A stretch of DNA of 64,000 bases, taken from assembly GCF_026210795.1 (NCBI RefSeq), contig NC_089429.1, positions 124,001 through 188,000 on the forward strand. The letters are read 5' to 3'. The position numbers and the translations under genes were made by a program. The stretch is from Rhizophagus irregularis. Its lineage: Eukaryota. A model generated the notes under the pieces. The model was not told the origin of the DNA. It was given only the letters and a program-made list of their open reading frames with translations, and did not search any database. The number at the start of each line of letters is the position of its first letter. Position 1 is the first letter of the stretch. Shown here piece by piece: positions 51,766 through 64,000 of the stretch.

Positions 51766-52930
51766 TTACATCATATTAATAATACTATTTTTAATAGTAT
51801 TACGGTTAAAATAATTAAAAGTATTATGTGCTACTCCTGTTAAAGTTAATGAACTATCACCAATTATTACTTCATTTGATTTAATATGATATATAATATT
51901 TTGAGGACAATGATGAGTAAATAACGTATAACCTTCCACAGTTTGGCTTGCAAAAATATTGAGATAAATAGGTAAATATACTTGTAACAAAATATATGAT
52001 AAATCTTCAATCTGAGTTACCACATTTTGACTATAACAATGGTTACCATAACCTTCATAATACATTGCTATTACTTTAGCAATACAAATTTTCATCCCAT
52101 ATAGTACAATTACATAGTCACATTGCTGTAATGGAAAATCTTGAGTAATATTTGCTGATTCAAGATAAATGACTAAGTAAATAGCAAATTATTAATATTA
52201 AAATTATGTAAATAAATTATATATTTGATATTATATTTACTTTTGTTTGTAATTCTATCAATTTGTTTTTGTCTTGATAATTCAAATTGTTGTAAATTTG
52301 CAAGATTAGCTGTCATTATTTTCCAATTTTCTTTTCATCGCTTTTCACGTTGTTTTACAAATCGTATTTTAGGATCATCATTGTTTGTAAGATGTGAAAT
52401 TATATGACTAGCCTTATTTGGATTAATAGTATTTTCTTTTTCATAACCAATTATATATGCACGATTTTGTCTTTCAATTGGTCTTGAATTGTATGCTTCA
52501 TGATGCTTTCGTAATGCAATCATAACCGAATAATTTAGCTCTCCTGTTTGAAAAATATATCTAATAGTAGGATCTTTTAAGATTATGTTAATACTTAATA
52601 ATGTATTATTAAAAGTTTCAATAAATGTATAAAAAAAATTAATAATAATACCATGAGTAAGTTGCTCATTATAAAGTATTCTTGTATTATTTAAAGTTGA
52701 AATAATTTGTGTCTGGATTTGATCATCGATATTCTCAATATTTGATAGATCAAGAATATCATCAACTGTTTCAATAGCATGTGAAGCTTGACTAATTGCA
52801 TCAGAAATTTCTCTATCAATTTCAAAAAATTCATTTGGGTCATTTCCAAATTCCGAACTTGACTTATTGATTCCAGTTGATATTTCCAAATTTTGCTCTT
52901 CTATTATTACAAATGGCTGTAATAATGAAT
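51766..52930 (-). pseudogene. 3' part of an intron-containing, probably TE-encoded gene, truncated by the MITE at 52933
   Basis: ORFs 52335-52930 and 51766-52095 are linkable via short introns, with an in-frame stop. Family not recognised. Confidence 0.5.
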
Positions 52931-52932
52931 TA

Positions 52933-54885
52933 CAGTCAACTCTCTTTAGAGTCATACATTTGGGACAGTCCATATTTGGTGATTATAAAAAGATGTGACT
53001 ATATAAAAAATTTCTTATATTTGTATATCATAATTCCGGCCAAAAATTAACATAATTTTAGCCAGAATTATACTTAAAACTTTATTGTATCGTAACTTCG
53101 CCAATATTAATCGTAGAGAGATGATCTTACCGCCATTCGATTCGTCTTGATGAGACGGTTCTAATGGTATAAAATACGTCGAAATCCAATCACTAGATTC
53201 ATTTCCGAAATTAAAAAAATATTAATGGTTTTTGTGTAATAACTCTGCCAATATTGATCCTAGAGAGACGATCTTACTACCATTCGATTCGTCTTGATGA
53301 GACGAATCTAATGGTATAAGATACATCGAAATCCAATCACTAGATCAATTTCCGAAATTAAAAAATATTAAATGGTTTTTAAGTAATAACTCCGTCAATA
53401 TTGATCACAGAGAGATGAGCATACCACCATTCGATTCGTCTCGATGAGGCGATTCCAACGAGCTATAAATCGTCTTTTTACAATCACTAGGTACCGAGAA
53501 ATCTAGCAAAATGTTAAATGGCGCAGTAAACGTAAATCAAGAAATATTATAATGCCGATGTTTAACATTTTGTTGAATAACTCGTAAGCCAGTGATCGGA
53601 AAAGGATAAAACTACCAGGGGTTGGTCACCCTATCTCAGTGGTTAGTCACTGAGACCCTCATTAAGCCTGAGTATGGTGAGGTCGCAGGTTCGATTCTGC
53701 TACCACGGAAATAAAAAGAATTTTACTGCGACGCTACAACCAATAGCGTGAAGGTACAGGGATTAGTGTAGTTGGACTGCATCATGGTGAATTAGTGTGT
53801 ACGGTTAGGCCGCACATTTCAACTAAGGGTCATAGTGTCTTCAACGTTCCCACTGTGAGCCACGTTGGCATGTGCGCAGTCCTGTCGTGAAGTCACTACT
53901 ATACCTTAGGGGGACTTCCTGTCTGGGTGGTCACTCTACGATACCGCTTGGGGTCAGTAATGGCTAGATGGTCATCCTAGATGGTAAAGCTGAGGGTGCA
54001 ATGTCTTAGTGGTAGTTAGACCTTCTGTTAGGTCAGGACCATGCAGGTGTTCGTGCGCATGAACAGGTAGCATGGCTATGGGGTTCGATTCCCTACTCCT
54101 TGGGTCCTGGTTGGTGATCCCTGGTGGTTGATACCCACCATAAAATGGTGATCCTGGACAGATGCCTGCTACTTCCTGTCTGAGTGGTCACTACAAAGTA
54201 TACCACTTGGGGTAAACAACTGTACTATCGGTGCTAGGTAATCGCGGGCTGTAGTGGCCTTTGAGTGAGGACTTAGTACCTAAAATGGTGGTATGGAAGG
54301 GTACTAGATGGTTGATGTTACCTGTCGAAAGTCCTCCATGAAAGTAGATGTTCTCTAAAGGTCGTTAAATAAATTGAGTATCGTGTCATGCAATGGATAT
54401 AGGATGAGTAGGCGGCGTGTCTTTAGCTTGGTCAGTACAAAAATGGCCCGATGGGGGATGTGTATAGTGGTGCTGTTGCAGAGGAATTAAGTACTTTCGG
54501 TATAATGGTTGCCCATTGAAGATGATAGGACGCGAGCCAGAATTAGTTTCGCCAAGAGGCAATGGGTGGTCGGCCGTAAACACTTGCAAAGGAAAAGGAT
54601 AAAACTACCACCATTCGATTCGTCTCAGTGAGACGATTCTAACAAGCTATGATACATCTTTGCACGATTATTAGATGCCAAGTTATTTAATATATTCTTT
54701 ATATAACTGTGATTATAAACGGTTCTTTTTAATATAAGATTTTTGAGGATAGGTGTGATAGTGACTATAGATAGATTGTGACTATATAGGATAGATTTTA
54801 ATAATAAGGTGTTTTGAACATTCAACTGGTGTGACTATATAGTAGAATGTGACTATAACGGGAGTACTATAGAGGGAGTTGACTG
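52933..54885 (-). mobile_element. Tc1/mariner MITE copy C (no LINE; carries a SINE)
   Basis: The reverse complement is nearly identical to 10345-11267 plus 33395-33430, with TA on both sides. Confidence 0.95.
53618..54590 (+). mobile_element. 973-bp tRNA-headed SINE-like retroposon
   Basis: 20-bp TSD ggaaaaggataaaactacca (53598-53617, 54591-54610), A-box-like tatctcagtgg (53632) and B box ggttcgattc (53688). Much higher GC than the flanks and no coding capacity. Confidence 0.85.
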
Positions 54886-54887
54886 TA

Positions 54888-55082
54888 TTCTTTACATAAC
54901 TGCGACTATAAACAGTACTTTTTAATATGGACATTTTCAAAAATAGGTATTATAAAGTATCTATAGATAAATTCGCGACATATAGAATAGTATTTTAATA
55001 ATAAAATATTTTCAACATCCAACTGGCGCGACTATATAGTAGAATGTACTATAATGAGAATGATTATAAAGGGAGTTGACTG
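54888..55082 (-). mobile_element. Terminal fragment of an older relative of the same Tc1/mariner MITE
   Basis: Ends gactatatagtagaatg…ataaagggagttgactg-TA. Confidence 0.75.
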
Positions 55083-55481
55083 TATTTACTAATGTTCAGT
55101 GTGTTCAGTATGTTTGTTTATATTTAGTGTATGTTCAGTACAAATTTTTATATTTTCAATTTTATTTATATTCAAAAAATGACAAAAATAATTTTTATAT
55201 AAAGTTATATATAAATACTTCAAGTTTGCATAATTTTTGTATATATTCATAATGTATTTAATGTATTTGGTATAAAATAGTCAAAATTTCAGATTGTTAA
55301 TATTTCTGAAAATAGCAATAAAATAAAGAAAAAATTAGCCAAAAATATTGTAACAATTTCAAATTCTTCATCAATAGCAGATAATAGTTCAAGTATTAGT
55401 ATAGTATTTTATGTTATATTATTAAAATGCTTTTTTTACTAATTCAAGAATTTGATAAAAAAAGCTATTTAGTTTTAATTA

Positions 55482-56042
55482 TACATGCCACCCAAATTAT
55501 TTTGGACTGCCATAAGGCCACTCCAATTTAATAGTTTGTTTAACGTACCCCACCCCCCTCATTTTTGAAAAATTTTTAAAAATAAACAAACATATGTTAT
55601 ATCACGTGACTTATAATACTAACATCACCGATCTGTATAATATTTAAAAGAATTTCTTTCCAGTGCATTTGAATCTACCAAAGAAAATATTCCTAGTAGT
55701 ATAATTAATAAAAGTAATATACGTAAACTTATTAATTGCATTATCTGTAATAAACCAAGATGTATTTTTAGTAAAAATGCATTGAGTGATAAAGAAAAAA
55801 CTATGTTTATTTTTAAATGTTTACTTAATTTGATCCCCTCCCCCCCCTCAATTTTTATATAAAGTTAGGACGTTAAACAAACTATTAAATTGGAGCAGCC
55901 TAATTATAAGTAAAATCCCAAATTCAATTATGACATCCCAAATTATTTTGGCACTTTACATAGTAAATTATATATAAACTGAATGAATTATGGCATCCTA
56001 AATTATAATTATGACATCCCAAAATAATTTGGGCAGCATGTA
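55482..56042. mobile_element. TA-flanked MITE (TACATGC ends) hosting a nested GG…CC element
   Basis: TIRs tacatgccacccaaattattttgg and ccaaaataatttgggcagcatgta. Confidence 0.75.
55516..55900. mobile_element. 385-bp TAA-flanked deletion derivative (Zator or PIF/Harbinger type)
   Basis: 31-bp TIR ggc(ca/tg)ctccaatttaatagtttgtttaacgt and TAA TSD. An internal coding remnant reads …LINCIICNKPRCIFS…. Confidence 0.85.
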
Positions 56043-59000
56043 TAGTTTTAATAATTTTCTGATTCTTTTAATATATTTTGAATTAATATGAGATTAATTA
56101 TTTATATAAATGACTAATAATTAAATATCTCTTAATATTTTATTTTATTTTTTAAAATATAGAACTTTTTTGCAGTATCTTTACTAGCAAGATGTAATAC
56201 AATAGTTTTCTGTTATAAATGAATTAAATGAATTTAAATTTTTTTAATCTTATAGCAACTCTATTTTAATAGTCTAATATTATATTTGCTTCATTATTCC
56301 CAAAATGATTTTTAAAAATCATTTATATTAATATTTTTGTTAATATAAACCATTAATATTGATTCTACACTACAATCATCTAATTCAATTATGTCTAAAT
56401 ATTGTAAAACTGGAGAGTAATTTGATATATACTTTATTACAATTGCCAGATTTTTTGCAGGTGAAATTCACTAGGGGTGATTTCCACCATATTACGTGAT
56501 TTATAGTTATTATATTAAAATTTAAACCTTTTCATTTTGAAAAAAAAATAAAAAATTACAATTTTTAATATAGCATTATATAATCAAAATATAATATAAA
56601 TATAATATAAATGAATAAAAATATGTAGAATTTTTTTCTCTTACTAAAGAATATTTATTAGCAGGTGAATTTCACCATAAAATTTATTAAATTTATGCAT
56701 ATAAATCATGTTCCGGTGAAATTCACCAGAGGAATGTAAAATTAATCCCAAATATGTATGCACGAATTATATTTTTACAATTTAATAATTCTAAAGCCTC
56801 TAAAGCCTTGCTAATCAGATAATTTTCTTTTGATCCGCGAAAAAAAACTCCAAATCACTGGCGATTACAGTGATGTTTAAATTATTCGCCACAGGATTAG
56901 CACCATTTTGGCACGTGTTGTTGTTTCGTATAATCACTTTACATTAAAAATTGGATTAGCGAAATTCATAAATAACTAATTAATGGTAAAATGAAATTTC
57001 TAAATTCTAGTTTCAAAGTTAGTTAATCTTTAATTTCATATCACCAATTATATATATTCTATATACTATAAATAAAACATCGCAATAAAAATACCAAATA
57101 AAAAAACCGATTATAATCACAAGACACAATAATAATGTATCAAAAGATTTTGTCGTTATAAGAGGTGCCTAATAAATTTATGTTAAAAGTTCAAATTTAC
57201 TTATTAATCAAAAAGATTCTTATAACAATAATATAATTTACCGTAACGGTTGAATCCTGAATTTCTATGGTTGAACTATGTGAATAATGAGAATTGTGTG
57301 AACTTCTTGATGCTTCTTGGGCAAAATATTCTTTCAGTTTATTTTTCATTTCGATATATTCGATTGGCATATTTACTATTAATACACGTTTTAATAAATA
57401 AATAATATTTTTCTTAAAAATATTTCCGGCTTTATACGTACATTCTTTTGAATAAAGATCCATTTTTACAATAGACTGATTAGAGTTTACCATAAAGATA
57501 AAAAAGAAAAAGAAAAAGAAGAAATTCCAAAGTTCGTGTCGTTGTTTAAATATTTCATAGTAAAACGAATAATTTTTAATATGCAATCGTATGTCATTTA
57601 CCCATGATATTTGCATTTGCATTAAAAAATGCACGATAATGTTTGATATTTTTAACTGATCAATCATTCACGCAGAACTTTGCCTTCAAAAAATAACTAA
57701 AATGGATTTTATTCATTTTTTTTAATTGCTATTTGATTATAGAATGAAACTAAGAAAATTTACTTCATCATAAACAGCATAATAATTATAATAATCGTGG
57801 AAATAAAACTTTTATTTTGTACTTAATAACATTACTTTGTTATATCGAAAAAAAATTACTTTTTACCCTCTATAGTTATTGTCGTTCCCATAATAAAACA
57901 TAAATTTACGTTTTTATGATATAATCGTTAAAATTGCCAGTTAAGCCAAATTCATAGAACTAATACTAAACGTGTTTAATATCTTTGATCTTGTACTTGT
58001 TCGCAAACAAAATTCCTTTTTATCAATTTGATATCATAATAATTCTTTCCAGATAAATGAAAGAACAATATTTTTTTTTAAGACATTACAATGACATAAT
58101 TATATGAGAATTTCGGAAAAGAAACAAATCGTAATATTACTTTTATTTTTTTCTGAGAAAACGAAAATAAAGTAAAATAAAAAAAAAATGATGTTTAACA
58201 AAATTACTTGTTTTCTTTTAATTATCACTTATCACATTCTTGTCTACTTTAGTACCTTTCACGAAGCTGAAGCTCATGAAGATAAACATAAATGAAATAA
58301 TTATAAATGTACATCAACTTACTATAAATCGATCATGCCGGCCTACAAACCCATCTACGTAGCCTCTACTGAATACATGACCTTTACAAGACCGTCTATA
58401 AGATTACGAGACAAAGTATCGTAAGCATACAGTACCCGGGTCTTATTCAAGAACCTTGATTTTTAAAATTGAATAGTACCCGTGGGTACTGTGTGAGGAA
58501 CCGGTACTATTCCTGGGGATATACTATGTGGAGTTGTTTTTGCAGGGGTACTGTGCATAGGGATCTCGGTTTAATTTGAGATAGATGATGCCGAAAAGAT
58601 TTTTATTCGCTGGATATTAACTACTTTGTTCCCAAAAAATAAATACAGCGGATACTACTAAACCAATGCAAATACCACACATATTTATACCGCAGAGTAT
58701 AAATTCACATAGCGAAATTAGCAAAAAGAAATTTCGCATATCAGTTCCTTGAAGGTCTGTGAAGATTAGAAAAAAAATGGGTATTAAAAAGTTATTTTAT
58801 AACCACAAGTAGGTACCTAGTAAAAACCAAGTAATCAATAGGCAATACACGAAATAAGTAGCTTCGTTTATCCTTCGTTAAGCCAACGAATCCAGCGGAG
58901 ACCAAGAGACTTGTTTCCTCGCTCATCAAACATAGCCCACAGAAACAATGTTTTTTGATGCTTGGAATCATGTCCCGATTAAACCTACCCATAGAACCTT

Positions 59001-61155
59001 GCTCAGAGTAAGTTACATACACCCACGCCGACTTGGGTGAGACTATGCGCATAGAGTCATCACTCATACATACCTTTCAGAATTTTCATTTATTTGGAAA
59101 CTATTAACTGTTAAGTTCTATGAAGACAAGACCAGTTAGATTACCAGAACCGAACCGGTTACCTCAATTTACTATTAATATGTCAAATCTCATGATCTAA
59201 CCGTTGTATCTATGAATTCATCATGCAATTAATATTCAATACTTACAACATCAAATGTCAAATTCACAAATCGAACAAAGTTGAGAATTTTCTCCTTTTT
59301 GTTTTGATTCTCGATAGTTTTCCAGATGTACATTATGTATTCATCTTTTTTCAATGCGAGCTTCATTATTTGTCGTTTCTTTCTTTATCCACCTCCGCAA
59401 AATCTTCAAGAATTTCTGCAACAAATTCTGCTACTTCGAAGAGATACTATCATTAAATTTTCTCTTAAGGGATCAAATTCGTGTTAGCGCAAGGTCGCTC
59501 CATCTACCCTTTTCATCTATCACTGTTCCACGCGCCATTTTATTTCTCATCTTTTTTTTGAAGCTACTTAGTAGCTCAATAGGATCTATTAAAAACCTAT
59601 ATTTTCAATTATGAAATTTATCATACATAAAACGTCAGCATTTTCGAAGTCAAGATGTTGCTTTGCGACAAAAGACTACGATTTTGGATTATGTGCTCAT
59701 TGTCCATAGGAAATAATTTATAGAGAGTCTTTAATAATTTATAGAAAGTCTTTTCAAGAATTTACGAAAGGTTCAACAATAGCCCCTTGTTCATCATTGG
59801 CGAAGGAAAAGGCTTGTTTCACCGGTGGGTGAAGAATCCCGAGTTTTCACGTTATTATTCTCTCTGCCAATTACTTTACTATAATCTCCGTTGGCGGTCT
59901 CTTATACCTACTACTATTGTAACTGTTGGCAGTCGCATGTGGTCCAATAGCAATGGTAGATGCGTAAAATCAAGTTTTTTTTTTCTTTGCAGGAAGACGA
60001 ACTCTTTTTTACTTAGCTAATTGAATACCATGGTATGCGCTGTGGACTTTACAGAAGGCCTTATCGCTGGATAAAATATCGTAAAGTGAGTTATGAAATA
60101 TCTAAATCAAAGTGACGCGCGTGTACTTTGGATTTATCACGTGATTATAAGACTATTCGCGGTATCGCCACAAAATTTTTTCACCCCACGTGACTTGTGT
60201 GACGCGGTGGCACAATCAGTTTATATTTGTTTATTGTTTATTCGTTACAACAAAACTATTTCTCTCTCCCTGTTTTCTTTTTTTCTCTCCACTTTTTTCA
60301 CGTTAAAATATTCTTTAAAAAATCCATTAAACAAAAAAAAATTTAAATATTTTTGAAAAGCTAGAGTGTAGAATATTGTTATAAAGCTATAGTTAATTTT
60401 TATTTACAATAGACGCGTTTTTTGTAGATTTTGTGAATATTTTAGCTAAATAAAACAAGGTTTTAGCGCTTGAAGAAAGTTATTTAACAAGTATGTATAT
60501 TATTTTTGTGCAAATATTGGTGTTTTTTAAAAGAAATTACTGAGCTGTATTTGTTTTTTATTTTGTAGTGTAATTTCAGGACTTTAGTTAAATGTTATAG
60601 GTTTAGGTAGCTTAGACTAAGTTGTTTAACAGGTATGGAACCACTCAAATATAATATTTGCAACAATATGTATGGAAACTACTGTGCCGCACGCGGCTGA
60701 TTTTTTCACTTTACGGCGTAATTTTGGTGCTTTTGTTATATGAAACAAGCCTTTAGAGATTAAGTAAAGTTATTAGCAAGTGTAGGATTACTTAGATATT
60801 GATTTTTATTAAATTAGCTTTAATATTTATGGAATAATGTACTTGACTCCAAATACCAATAAATATTTATTTGTTTATTAAAATTAAATTAAATAAAGTG
60901 AGAAGAATTATTTTAAAATGTATTTATTATAAAAGTAATAAAATGATTAATATATTAAAGGAAAAATATCAATTTTTTTTTTTCCCAAGATAAACGTTAT
61001 AATATGTATTCGCGGTACACATCATGTGATTTTTGTTAAAAAACGTAAAAACGAAAAAACGCGTTTCATGCTAAATATAGTATATTGTGATCAGTCATCG
61101 CTTCTAAAAATAGAATTTTAGTATCGGTTAGTCCCTATTTGTCACGCACTTCACG

Positions 61156-61375
61156 GGTAAATCTTACCACACCACCTCGCGTAGTACAGGTGATGATTTT
61201 GTCACATGGTCACGTGATGGCGGCGGCCTCGTTGTTTATATTTATCTCAGCGACTTAGAAATTTTTTTGCGGTCTGATCTCTATTTGTCACTTGCATAAA
61301 ATGTCACGCCCTTTATGCAGTGTAACCAACACTATTAATATTCGTAACACGCGAGGTGGTGTGGTAAGATCATCC
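61156..61375. mobile_element. 220-bp Mutator-type MITE upstream of HIRA
   Basis: TIRs contain atcttaccacaccacctcgcgt (perfect inverted copy), with a 9-bp TSD cacttcacg (61147-55, 61376-84). Confidence 0.88.
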
Positions 61376-62203
61376 CACTTCACGTAACACCAACAATTTG
61401 CTTCACGTGATCACGTATATTGTTAAGAATTATATTTGCGTTTCCAACATCATCCCCTTGTTCATTACCGACATTACCGACTCAAAAAAATTCCACCCCT
61501 GCGTCGATCCCAATATTCTAGCCATCTGAGGATCAATAAACTATGGCTATGTTATTTATGATAAGAAAAAAATGAAGCAGTGCGAATACGATACGGATAC
61601 CATGGACAAATAATGTTTCAAGCATTCTTACTTTATAAAATATTAATATTAATAGTTTTGTGCTCAGTTTTCCTAAAACTTTATTTTCTAAACCTTGCTT
61701 TTTTCCCCTGACTTTAATGAATTTAATATTCTTAACTGAATTTATTTTTTAGGATGTGATGTTCCCAATTCAGCATCAGGTTAAAAAACTAAATCTATAA
61801 ATCACGTGATTAATGGCCAATTTCAGAGGTTATTTAAAAAGTTAATTACAATAATTCGAATGGCACTCATTACATTATATTGTATTTCTAAGTAATTTTA
61901 AAGATTTATAATAATAAGATTTCTCGTCGTTTCTTTATTTTCTAATGAATCGATCCAAGCATGTTATATAATTTCACGTGGCTCATTATCAAAAATCATG
62001 ACGTATTTGCCACAAGCGTTGATTCAACTGTCAAGCCTCTCAAGCCTCATCGTTTGTGTTCATTCGCAAAAAGCTTGTATAAAAAGGTAAAGTATTTAAT
62101 GCAACTCTAATTTTTGCATTTTTTTTATTGTACCGCGTTGTAAAGTTGACGCGTGTCAATTTTTTTTTTTTTATTATTTTGTCCCAACTTTTATACGTTT
62201 GAA

Positions 62204-64000
62204 ATGCACTTAGCAAAACCTAGCTGGCTTGCTCATTTAGGTGAATACTATTTTATACTATTTCAATATTAATCGAAACAACAATAGTAATAATGAAATG
62301 TTTGTTTGTCATTTCTCCTAGATGATAAGGGCCAAAGAACTTCGATTTTCTCAATACACGTACATCCTGACGGAACTAGAATAGCAACGGGCGGACTTGG
62401 TAAAGTTTCAACTTCAGATATAGATTTCTCGTTTGATATATTTTTGATAGAATTTAAAATCTACAATTTCTATACTTGAAATTACCGTGTAATTCTAGAT
62501 AATAAAATCAAATTATGGAGTACTATACCTATAATCGATGGTTCCAAAGCTCGTGATCCTAATTTTCCGACATTATTATGTACCTTGGGTTTACATAACG
62601 GTTAATAACACTTATATATATTATATATATTATCTTTATTATTTTTATAATTATTGTGCCCAATTAACGCGATTTAATGATTGATTTTTTTACAGGTTCG
62701 GTTCTTTGTGTAAGATGGTCTAACAGAGATGGACGTTATTTGGCATCTGGTTCAGATGATCAACTTTTATTAATATGGGAATGGGACAAGTAATATTTTT
62801 TTGATTGATTTATTTCATATTAATAATTATTAATTTTTTAATGCCATCCTTGTTTTAGATCAACTGAAGCTTGGGCTGGTCAAAGCATTTTTGGAAGTGG
62901 TGAGCAAAATATTGAAAATTGGAAACCAGTACGTCGTCTTACGGGACATCAATCAGGTAAATAGCTTTTTTATTATTAATTCTTATGTTGAAATTAATTA
63001 AATATTTGTTTAATTAATCACCGTTTAAAAGACGTCGTGGACCTTGCATGGTCTAGAGACAATACTTATTTAGCTTCATGTGGATTAGATAATTTGGTTT
63101 TCATATGGGATGGTAGAAAATTTGGTAAGGGTTTACTGTATCTGACATATATAATTTAATCATCCGGGTAAATTGATTGATTAATTTAATTTTATAGAGA
63201 AGCTGCATAAATTAGACGCACATCAAGGATTTGTTAAAGGTGTGACCTGGGACCCTGTGGGAGAATACCTTGCAACTGAGGTAATTTTAAAAAAATAATC
63301 CGATCTATAAATGGGAATAAGTTTTTGATCTTTCAAGTAAATTTACAGTCAGATGATAAAACTGTCAAAGTTTGGCGAACGTCGGATTGGAAAGTACAGG
63401 CGGAAATCAGCGAACCATATACAAGTTCTCCCACAACAACATTTTATCGCCGATTAAGGTAAAATTTTCATTGATAAAAAGTTTTAATCTTATTTGATTA
63501 AATTAAACATATCATTATACTTTTTTTTTGCAGCTGGTCTCCGGATGGATCGCATGTTGCTACTGCAAATGGTGCACAAGGACCTGTTCCAATTGCTGCT
63601 ATATTTAATAGAAATGATTGGAGGCCTGATGTCTCACTGGTTGGTCATGACTCTGCGATTGAAGTCGTGGTGAGTATTCAATGACTTTATATCTTAATTT
63701 AGTTGATACGCATACGTTTTTATATATACACACACACGTTGACTTTATTCTAATAATAATTATTAATTTAGTCATTTAATCCAGTTATTTTCATGATACC
63801 CGAGAGCGATGATGCTGATCCGGATTCTGCTAGTGTTGGCAGTGTATGTGCAGTAGGAAGCCAAGATCACAGTATTTCCGTGTGGGTAACTCGGAATGCG
63901 CGGCCTTTGTTTGTTTGTCAAAAACCGTTTGATCATAGTGTTTTGGATTTAGCATGGTAAGATTTATAGTTAATTCATTATTTTAATTTTTATTAATCAC
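62204..64000 (+). CDS. HIR1: HIRA/Hir1 histone H3-H4 chaperone, N-terminal WD40 exons; continues beyond the window
   Basis: The spliced translation reads [45 protein letters not shown]…[11 protein letters not shown]…YLASGSDD…[22 protein letters not shown]…[19 protein letters not shown]…TTFYRRLSWSPDG. Confidence 0.95.

Noticed and set aside
53618..53710. Functional tRNA gene
   Set aside because: Acceptor and T stems do not pair properly, and it is the head of a TSD-flanked insertion.
54320..54460. RNase MRP/P-like motifs (gaaagtcc … acaaaaatgg) or a hammerhead ribozyme in the SINE
   Set aside because: The complementary P4 strand and a CUGAUGA/GAAA core were not found by eye. An Infernal search would settle it.
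58293..58295. Selenocysteine read-through of the TGA
   Set aside because: No redox motif or SECIS is evident; a nonsense mutation or a true stop is simpler.
59250..59560. Coding-like minus-strand stretch
   Set aside because: Multiple stops and frameshifts and no recognisable family.

Overview
Very AT-rich eukaryotic DNA with short GT-AG introns. Composition and TE content are consistent with a Glomeromycotina (arbuscular mycorrhizal) fungus; this is inference. The first ~35.6 kb is one nested stack of mobile elements. A decayed LINE (copy A, 1-35561) is interrupted by a 200-bp CACAG-ended MITE, a CACTA-ended element, a truncated Zator transposon and a TA-flanked Tc1/mariner-type MITE (10345-33430). 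That MITE carries a second, almost intact LINE (copy B, 11268-33376, 18-bp TSD). Copy B is in turn interrupted by a 13.8-kb CMC/EnSpm (CACTA-superfamily) transposon and a 294-bp MITE. The main observation is that both LINE copies, though clearly diverged from each other, end at exactly the same nucleotide of the same MITE family. A third MITE copy (52933-54885) shows the empty target and instead carries a 973-bp, highly structured, tRNA-headed SINE with a 20-bp TSD. This suggests a target-specific LINE that parasitises or hitchhikes on a DNA transposon. The CACTA-type elements also carry tandem arrays of intron plus micro-exon units and a pair of paralogous accessory genes. The right half holds many small MITEs, TE relics, two small hypothetical genes and the 5' part of the HIRA/HIR1 histone chaperone gene (62204 to the window end).
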